A DNA stretch of 64,000 nt from Caecitellus pseudoparvulus. Taxonomy: Eukaryota > Protista > Bigyra: Bicosoecida. Below the pieces are notes generated by a model. That model worked only from the letters and a program-made list of their open reading frames with translations. It was not told the DNA's origin and did not search any database. Each line of letters starts with the position of its first letter. The first letter of the stretch is position 1. Positions 56,756-64,000 of this stretch are shown piece by piece. The translations under genes were made by a program, and so were the position numbers. The stretch is from assembly GCA_965644315.1 (NCBI GenBank), contig CBFFRQ010000028.1:1-64000 (forward strand), written 5' to 3'.

Positions 56756-57844
56756 ATGGCAGGCCAGGATGCGTTTCGAGCGATGCAGCACCGCATTCGG
56801 GCGGACGCCCTGGAGACATCTGATGCGCTGTCTTCTTTGAGGAGCTGGAAGTCCTCCATCCAGGCGAAGGATGAGGCGCTGAGGGGGCGCAAGGCGGCGT
56901 CTCCCAGCACACGCAGCGCCGTGCCTTCCACGGCAAGCCATGGCACAGGGAAGGCACATTCAGCAGGCAAAGCTCGCGACCCCGGTGCAACTGCGGCCGA
57001 TCATACGTATGACAAGGGGTATGCCAAGTGGGAGTCCTTCGACGCTGTGAGTGCGACGGCTCAGTGCCGGCCATGCAACGCCTGAAACGCTCGTGAAACC
57101 CCACGCTCCCAGGACGCTGCCATGCTTCAAGCAGAAGCGGATGAAGGAGAAGCTGCACTTCAAGTGTCAGATTCTGCTGGAAGCACGGTGGTGCGCAGTC
57201 CGGCCGACTTGGCTTCCACAGCTCTGCCAGCTTCCACCATTCCCGTGCCTCGGGCGTCCCGAAAAACGGTGCTGGCAGATGGCAACGGAAACGCGAGTGA
57301 GTCGTCGCAGCGCACCTCGGTGGGCTGTGCAGCCCCGGACTTGCACTTTAGGCACCGAACGTGTCCCAACGCTGACGCAGAGCTAAACCCTGCTGAAGTG
57401 GAGCGTGAGCGGGGCAACGAGCGATTCAAAGCTGGCCAGTTCACGCGTGCTGTGGAGGCGTACACTCGGGCTCTGGGGTATGAACCGTCCCTGCATTTGG
57501 TGCGCAGCAACCGAGCTGAGGCGTACCTGCGCCTAAAGGAGTTCTCTGCAGCCATGCAGGACGCCAGCGAGGCGCTGGCGGGGGACCCACGCCACGTTAA
57601 ATCCCTCCTACGCCGCGCACGGGCGGCGCTGGGGCTGGGGCGGTGCCGAGACGCGCTGCGAGACCTCACAGCCGCCTGCGAACTCGCCCCCGACAACAAG
57701 CGCGTGGCCACTGAGCTGCGCAAGGCACGGGAGATGCGCCGGGCAGCGCTGCAGCGGGCACCACGAGCACCGCTGCTGGCGCTGGCCGAGTCACAGGGCA
57801 GTGATGCCAGCCATCTAACGGCGAGAGTCACGTGCAACGTGTGA
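56756..57844 (+). CDS. RPAP3/SPAG1-like TPR co-chaperone
   Basis: N-terminus …LRSWKSSIQAKDEAL and YAKWESFD, then three carboxylate-clamp-type TPRs (RERGNERFK…SNRAEAYL…KSLLRRA). One intron. Confidence 0.75.
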
Positions 57845-58599
57845 GAATGTGCCCGTCATACAGCACGAGCACGCCGTGGCGCCAGGTGGGGTGCTGGGGC
57901 GGCGCAGCTACCACCGTCACACCTGGCCATGCAGCAGCTGCCGCCGGATTGAACAGCAGCTGTGACAGGAGCCCTTGGGGGCTGAGGCAGGCCAAGGCCA
58001 GCGGGCGAGGTGTGCGCATGGCCAGTCTGTGGGCAGCGTGAGTCAAGGTTTGCATCAAGCTCGGCAGGTGAGGGGGCAAACGGCGAAGGTGAGGCGGCAA
58101 AGCGACATGTATCACTCGACTCATGGCAATGACAGGTACTCACTGCGTGCTGGGGGTGGAGAATCCCGCGGTGCACGCGAGGATGCCGAGGCGGGGCGTC
58201 GGCAACGCAGCGTCCGCCTGCTCCCACTGCGCCAATGCACCTGCAAAGTCGCGCACGTGAGCCACACCTGAAGGGCGCGCCTCATGCTTGCACTGCACAG
58301 CCACAGGCACGGTGCTCTGGCCTGGAAGCGCCCATGTACCCTGGGAAGGTGGGCGGCAGGCAGTGCTGTGGGCTGTCTCAGTGCATGGCGTGCTTCGCTG
58401 GGCTGAGCCCTGCACTCACTCGCAAGTCCAGGCCTTGGTCGTGGGCCCCTGCCCCCCAGCGCTCCAGAGACATGCCAATGTCTAGCAGGGCCCGGGCAGT
58501 GGCTTCTTCGAAGTGCGTTCCTTTGGCAACCGTGGAAAGCAGGCGTGGTGCGGAGGGGGAGGCCAATTTCCGCAAGGCACCTGCACAGTGCCCCGCCAT
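57828..58599 (-). CDS. Rrg7/DUF2034-like mitochondrial PD-(D/E)xK nuclease-fold protein
   Basis: Targeting-like N-terminus, then GTHFEE…GAHDQGLDLR|GTW…VAVQCKH…VRDFAG. Two introns. Confidence 0.75.
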
Positions 58600-58757
58600 G
58601 TGCGAGCCAATGGGGCGCTCAGTGCACTTTCCCCACAATCTCACATGCATACGAATGTGGCAGTTCTACAGGTGCCCCTTCTTCGTCAGCTGCCCCGCAG
58701 GTGGCCAGAGGCGGCAATTGTTGTGGGAGGAATTCACTGCACTGCTCAGCGCACATC

Positions 58758-59924
58758 ATGGCCGCTGCCGAGGCCTCCACTGGGGGCGTCCTCATCACAG
58801 GGGCCAGCGGCCTGCTGGGCCGCGCCATTCTCACAGAGTTCAAGCAGTGCAGCAGCCTGGCGCCGGTGGTTGGCACGGCGTTCTCCCGCGCTGGCCCAGG
58901 CCTGGTGAAGGTGGACCTCACTGATGCCGCAGCGTGCGAGGAGCTGGTGCTGCGCCACCGCCCAGCAGTGCTCATCCACGCCGCCGCTGAGCGACGCCCA
59001 GACAAGGTGGACGAGGACCCCTCCGCTGTGCAGGCCCTGAACGTGCACTGCACGTACACCCTGGCCAGGGCTGCTGCGCAGGTGCAGGCGGCGTTCATCG
59101 TCATCAGCACAGACTACATCTTCCCAGGCACCAGCCCCCCCTACGGGCCCCGTGACTTCCCCGTACCACTAAACACGTACGGACACAGCAAGCTGCGGGC
59201 AGAGTACGCAGCTCTGGCGGGGCACCCCTCCGCAGTGGTGCTGCGGGTGCCTGTGCTGTACGGCCCCTGCACCTCCCCCACGGAATCGGCCGTGACGACA
59301 CTGCTGGCAGCCGCACAGGCGGCAGCAGGGGGCTCTGGTGCCGTCACACCTGTGGATGCATGGGCTGTGCGCAGCCCCACCTTCACGCCTGACGTGGCCC
59401 GTGTGTTGCGGCGCTTGGCTGAGAAGTGCGTGGCTGCCTCTGCCGAGGGGGGTGAGGGGGGGGGTGTCTCTGGCATCTTCCACTGGTCGGCAGACGTGCA
59501 GTGCACCAAGTACGACATGGCTCTGTGCATGGCCCAGCTCCTGGGCAGTCCTGCTGCGCCCCCCGTGGACTTTGACACGGCGTTGGGGGGGCTAGAGGGG
59601 GTCAAGACACCCCCCTCCGGCGCCCCTCGCCCCAAGGACTGCACGCTGGCTGTGGATGCGCTGCTTGCACTGGGTGTCCACGCAGGGGTGGCGGAGGGGG
59701 ACCAGGCCGCTCCAGAGGGCGTGCCGGTGTCCCCATCCACCAGGGGCGTGCCCTTCGTGCTGGGCCTGCGGGCAGCCCTCGCCTCCTGTGGCGTGCAGGT
59801 GGTGGATGAGGTGGCGGCGGTGAAGGTGCCGCTCACCAACACGAGCTACGCACTGGCCACGCCCTCCACCACCACCACCGCCTCCTCCACGCCCGGCAGC
59901 GCGTCAGGCGACGGCAAGCAATGA
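58758..59924 (+). CDS. MAT2B/RmlD-like NAD(P)-dependent reductase
   Basis: ITGASGLLG, HAAAERRPD, ISTDYIF, YGHSK and LRVPVLYG. Confidence 0.9.
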   Translation: MAAAEASTGGVLITGASGLLGRAILTEFKQCSSLAPVVGTAFSRAGPGLVKVDLTDAAACEELVLRHRPAVLIHAAAERRPDKVDEDPSAVQALNVHCTYTLARAAAQVQAAFIVISTDYIFPGTSPPYGPRDFPVPLNTYGHSKLRAEYAALAGHPSAVVLRVPVLYGPCTSPTESAVTTLLAAAQAAAGGSGAVTPVDAWAVRSPTFTPDVARVLRRLAEKCVAASAEGGEGGGVSGIFHWSADVQCTKYDMALCMAQLLGSPAAPPVDFDTALGGLEGVKTPPSGAPRPKDCTLAVDALLALGVHAGVAEGDQAAPEGVPVSPSTRGVPFVLGLRAALASCGVQVVDEVAAVKVPLTNTSYALATPSTTTTASSTPGSASGDGKQ

Positions 59925-59972
59925 AGCGCCTCCATGCAGAGTGCATTGCACTGCAGCCGTCCACTGCCCCCG

Positions 59973-61842
59973 TCAAGGCTGCCCGCCCCCCGCCCGCACT
60001 GCAGCTGCGGCAGCCTCCAGGGCAGGCCGCTCCACCCACCGCGCATGCCAATACAGCCCCCCGTGAATGGCACCCCCCACGCCCAGCGCAGCAAAGCCTG
60101 CCCAGCCCAGCCGCCGCAGCCAGGGAGACGCCACCACCACTCGCTCACCGCTGGGCAAGGTGTGTTTGAAGGGACCCCACGTGGGCCGTGCAGCTGGCGC
60201 AGCGCCAGGGGCCTGGGGCACTGAAGCAGGAACGCCCCGGCGGGGTGTTCGGCGTGGCAGTGGCACCTCGGCTGGCGCTGGAGCAGCGGTGGGCAGGCCC
60301 ACCTGCGCTGCGGTGCGCATGCCTCGCATGCGGTGGCTGATGCCCAGCATGCCCAGAGCGTACACGCTGGCCAGGAGCAGGTGGCCATCACCCCGCTCTG
60401 AGGCGCCAGTGACGCCGTCTTCCAGCTGCTGCAGGAAGGCACCTCGCACGTCACCCGTGAGGCGCCCCCACAGGCCAGGCGAGGAGGCTGCGGAGGCGTC
60501 CAGTGCCTGGACCACCACTTCCGTGCACAGCCCTGTGTGGTCCGATTGCGTGATGTAGGTGGTACCGTCTGGCGCCTGGCCCAGCGCCGCCTCCAGCTGC
60601 ACCTTGGCCCCAGTCCAGCTCTCAGCTGTGGCCCAGGAGGTGAAGGCGCCGTGGATGCTGCAGGGGGAGGTGTACTCTGCCTGCGAGGGGGGTGACGTCG
60701 CCGCGGCGAAGTCTGGCGGCAGTTCAGCGCACACCGGCGCACCCTGCACCTGCCCCGTGCCGTCCACTGCGAACAGGCGGTCGAACAGCCTGTGAGTGGC
60801 GACATGCCGGACGCCCCGCCCGATGACGTGGTCTAGCCGCTCAGGCACCACCCCCAGCTGCTGCTGCTCAGCCGGCACGCCAGTCAGCTGCCGCTGCAGG
60901 CAGAACGGGCTGGGGCGCACATCGAAAGTTGCAGCCCACTCCTCCACAGGCCACGTACGTGGGTCCTCCTGGGGCGGAGGCGCCCCTGCCGAGCCTGCCA
61001 GGGCGGGGGCCAGACACGCCTCCGCCGGCCGTACGTGAGTGTTCCGGCCCAGCAGCTCCCCCCCCAGCGCCTGCACCGTGGCCTGCAGCGCCGTGCAGCC
61101 CGGCACCATGTTGAAGTCCCCTGCAAAGACAAGCGGCCCGTTCCCCGCTGCGGCGCCCAGGGTCTCCACCATGTGCACCGCCTGGGCGGCACGGTGGCCC
61201 GAGTTCAAATCGTGCTCGAACCACCAGGCGGTGGGCGCCGCTGCCAGCCCCTGCAGAGTGGTCACTGCCGCCGCTCCAGCCTCCCGCAGGGCCTTGGCCC
61301 ACGCCCCATTCACTGCCATGCCGTCTTCGTAAAATGCAAGGTTGTGAGTGGTGGCCACAGTGACTGGGGCGCCACTGGGCAGCTGCAGCCGCGCGTGCAG
61401 GACACCTTTCTGCACGATGAAGTCACCATGAGCGATGCGTGTGGGGATGCCGCATGTTGGGAACTGGCTGTGCCCGTGCGCTTCAATGGGGTGCTTGGAC
61501 GCCAGCACCAGGCCGCCGAAGCGCACCATGTGCTGGAAGCCATGCGCCCGAAGCACCTGCCCTGCCACCTCTTGAGCGGCGGCGTGCCACACTTCCTGCA
61601 GCACCACCACATCTGCAGTCACGTGTGACATCTCACTGGCCCAGGCCCGCATGCGTTGGCCCTGCAGTGGTGCACAGGGGTCGGTTGGGGCGTGGAACCA
61701 AGTCCGCGTTTCGCACGCGTTTCGCGAAGCCCACCTGCACAGGACTCAGTCCGCCCGGCAGGCACCACATGTTGAACGTAATGATGGAAAGGCGTTCTTC
61801 ATCTTGATGCAGTGCAGCTTCCGTGTCTTCCTGCTGAGACAT
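59973..61842 (-). CDS. Neutral sphingomyelinase (SMPD2/ISC1-type EEP phosphodiesterase)
   Basis: TFNMW, LQEVW, GDFIVQKG, GDFN, RLDH, SDH and C-terminal hydrophobic helices. Intron 61662-61734. Confidence 0.85.
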
Positions 61843-62065
61843 GCCTGATGTGGGGCTACTTTGCGAGGAGTTTGGGGTCGATGCACGGCGGCAAGAGCCC
61901 AGCACCGGGCAGGTTCTGCCGCTCCGGGGCCAAATCAAACTGAACAGGAAGCGGTCAGAGCCGGGGATGAGTTTGATTTGTTCGCGCCGAACTTCCACTG
62001 CTGCCGTGCCAGTGTCGTGGCTCCCCGCTTGCCCCCCCACGCTAACTGTTGCGCCAGCCAGGGCC

Positions 62066-62976
62066 ATGGCTGCCAAAGCAGCCGGCGGCCTCAGCGCCCT
62101 GCGCAGCAAGAGCTCGAAGCGCTGGTCTGCGTTGAAGGGACTGGCCCACGCCAATGCAGTGGTCAAGACCATCCCACATGGAATAGATTCAGAGACGTTC
62201 TTGGGCGACAGCATTCCCCCCGAGATCAAGTGCGTGCACTGGTGCAGTGCACTTGAGCGCCGCATCTGCACCTGCCCTCCACGCCGCCGCCCGCTTCCTC
62301 CCGCACCAGAGCAGCAGTGCCTGCCCTGCATGACGTGCCTGACCACCGCGCCATCATCTCCCAAGTCGTGGAGGACATGCAGGTGCGCCTCGGCAGCGCA
62401 CCCGTCGCCTGGCGCACGCAGCCTCATCAACCCTCCACTCTCTCCCGCCCACAGCGCCCGCTGGCCAGCACAGCGCCTGCACACAGCGAAGCCACGGCGC
62501 CCGAGGACGCCTTCGAGGCACAGACACGTGCTGCAGCTTACACAGGTGTGCTCATGCTGTTGCAAGCTGCCATCCGGCACCGCACCAAGCTGTCCGTCGT
62601 GCAAGCGGACCTGACGAAGATGAACGCGCCCGAAGCCTTCGTGTCAGACTTCGTCGCCGTCTTGCGGCGCCATCGCGCTACCCTGGAGGAGGCCACCGTC
62701 CAGCACAGCACCCGCTTCCCCGCCCTGGACAAGCTCAAGTGGCGGGTGGACGTCACCATCAGCTCCTCCTCTGCCCGGCGCGTGATGCAGCCGGCCCTGC
62801 TCATGGAGACGGCGCTGTCCGACGGCAGCTTGCATTCGTTTGAAATGCCCATCGAAAAGTTCCACGCCCTGCGCCACAGCGTCGCGCGCATGCTGCTGGA
62901 GATGGGGGACATCCGTGCCCACCCCGTCATCCAGCTGGCCTTCGACGCAGAGAAGGCTGCCCTGGACAAACCCTGA
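62066..62976 (+). CDS. COMMD5: COMM domain-containing protein 5
   Basis: FLGDSIPPEIK and the COMM domain LKWRVDVTISSS…QP…FE…KFHALRHSVA. Two introns. Confidence 0.85.
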
Positions 62977-62981
62977 CCCGC

Positions 62982-64000
62982 TCACAGCACCTGCAGCAGC
63001 CGCCCGCTGCAGCGCAATGCATCCTCGCCGCTGGGCGGCCCGAGGGACGCCAGCTTCGATGCAGCTGCAACGACCCTTGCCTTGAAGTCCAGCCCTTCGT
63101 ACGGACTGGGCTGCTTGTTGGCGGCCCGCTTGGCTTCGGCCTCGGCGGCTGCTTGCTTGCGCTGCTCCAGGTAGTGCTGGCTCAGGGCATCCCCTGCGTG
63201 GTACTTGTCCTCAGGCAGCTCCTCCCCCTCCCTGAAGGGCGCCTCGGCAGCTGCTGCGGCGGCGGCGGCCTGGGCAGCAGCGGCGGCGGCGCTGGCGGCA
63301 GCAGCAGCCTGTGCTGCAGCCTCTGCTGCTGCATCTCGCCGGCGTGCCGAGACGTCGTGAGGGGCGCTGCCGCCGCCGTCCAGCGCCCGTGCCAGCAACC
63401 ACGGCTTGGAGCCTGGGTCTGGACCGGCAACGTCACCTGCGTTGAACTGCTTCAGGGGGAGGTGCAGGGTGACGGCTGCCGCATCCAGATCCACGTGCAA
63501 TGTGAGCCCTGACTCCGGCTGGCTCAGCGCCTGCACATCCAGCAGGACCGGCACTGCCGTGGACGTCTCGCGGTGCCCAGGGGCCGTCATAGCCACGCTC
63601 TCCTCACCGAGGGCCACGCTGAGGCCAGGCAGTGCGGCCAGGGGCAGGGCGGGCCCCACCTTCCCGTGGCGCCGCAAGTCTGTCGCCCACTGCATGACCT
63701 GGGGCTGGCTGGGCACCAAGTCGAAGCGCACGGTGACACCAGTCACTACGGCGCCAGCAGCAGGAGGGCCGTAGTTCATGGGGACCATGTCCCAGTCGGC
63801 AAAGGACCAGGCTTGTGCCTGGGCCTGCCCCGCGCGGTGCAAGCGCACAGAGGCTTTGGCAAACACCTTGGGTGCCTCCACAGCCACTGGTCCAGTGGTC
63901 AGCTTCCTGGACTTGCGCGCGACCAGTCCAGGGGTGGCCCCCGGTGCAGGCGCAGTGCTGGCGCCGCCTGGCTGCAGTTCCGAGATGAGGGGGGCCTTCG
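62982..64000 (-). CDS. 3' part of a hypothetical protein (possibly PIH1/CS-like), truncated by the window end
   Basis: Open frame with coding-like bias and motif LPEDKYHAGDALSQHYLEQR. Family assignment is weak. Confidence 0.6.
   Translation of the reverse strand, partial: KAPLISELQPGGASTAPAPGATPGLVARKSRKLTTGPVAVEAPKVFAKASVRLHRAGQAQAQAWSFADWDMVPMNYGPPAAGAVVTGVTVRFDLVPSQPQVMQWATDLRRHGKVGPALPLAALPGLSVALGEESVAMTAPGHRETSTAVPVLLDVQALSQPESGLTLHVDLDAAAVTLHLPLKQFNAGDVAGPDPGSKPWLLARALDGGGSAPHDVSARRRDAAAEAAAQAAAAASAAAAAAQAAAAAAAAEAPFREGEELPEDKYHAGDALSQHYLEQRKQAAAEAEAKRAANKQPSPYEGLDFKARVVAAASKLASLGPPSGEDALRCSGRLLQVL

Noticed and set aside
34851-61842. Two neutral sphingomyelinases plus PGAP1 as a lipid gene cluster
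   Set aside because: The two sphingomyelinases are unrelated families 20 kb apart with many unrelated genes between them. Chance is sufficient.
18913-62460. Non-canonical splice sites
   Set aside because: Every intron I could resolve fits GT-AG and restores the reading frame.
407-62984. Genome-wide reassignment of TGA
   Set aside because: Many conserved genes (RhoGDI, cyclin Y, COMMD5) end at TGA where expected. Only SELENOK shows recoding.
1-64000. tRNA, rRNA and CRISPR loci
   Set aside because: None recognised by eye. A covariance-model scan was not possible.

Overview
Gene-dense, GC-rich nuclear DNA of a unicellular eukaryote, with short canonical GT-AG introns (about 65-155 nt). The gene set (AP2 domains, SOS1-type antiporter, CDPK, RhoGDI, COMMD5, selenoprotein K) suggests a heterotrophic protist such as a stramenopile; this is inference. 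About 28 protein-coding genes are present, several convergent pairs with stops 5-48 bp apart or overlapping. Three signals stand out. (1) A recurrent hexamer (C)AATGCA sits just downstream of many stop codons on the coding strand and appears as a palindrome AATGCATT between convergent genes; it is a candidate 3'-end/polyadenylation signal. (2) A selenoprotein K gene (…GGG-TGA-GGA-TAA) has an SRE-like hairpin 6 nt after the UGA and a form-2 SECIS with a non-canonical ACGA core. (3) The first ~360 bp are AT-rich (26% GC over 1-240) and carry two long hairpins, probably the edge of an integrated viral or other mobile element. Gene models and family calls were made by eye from motifs, with no database searches.
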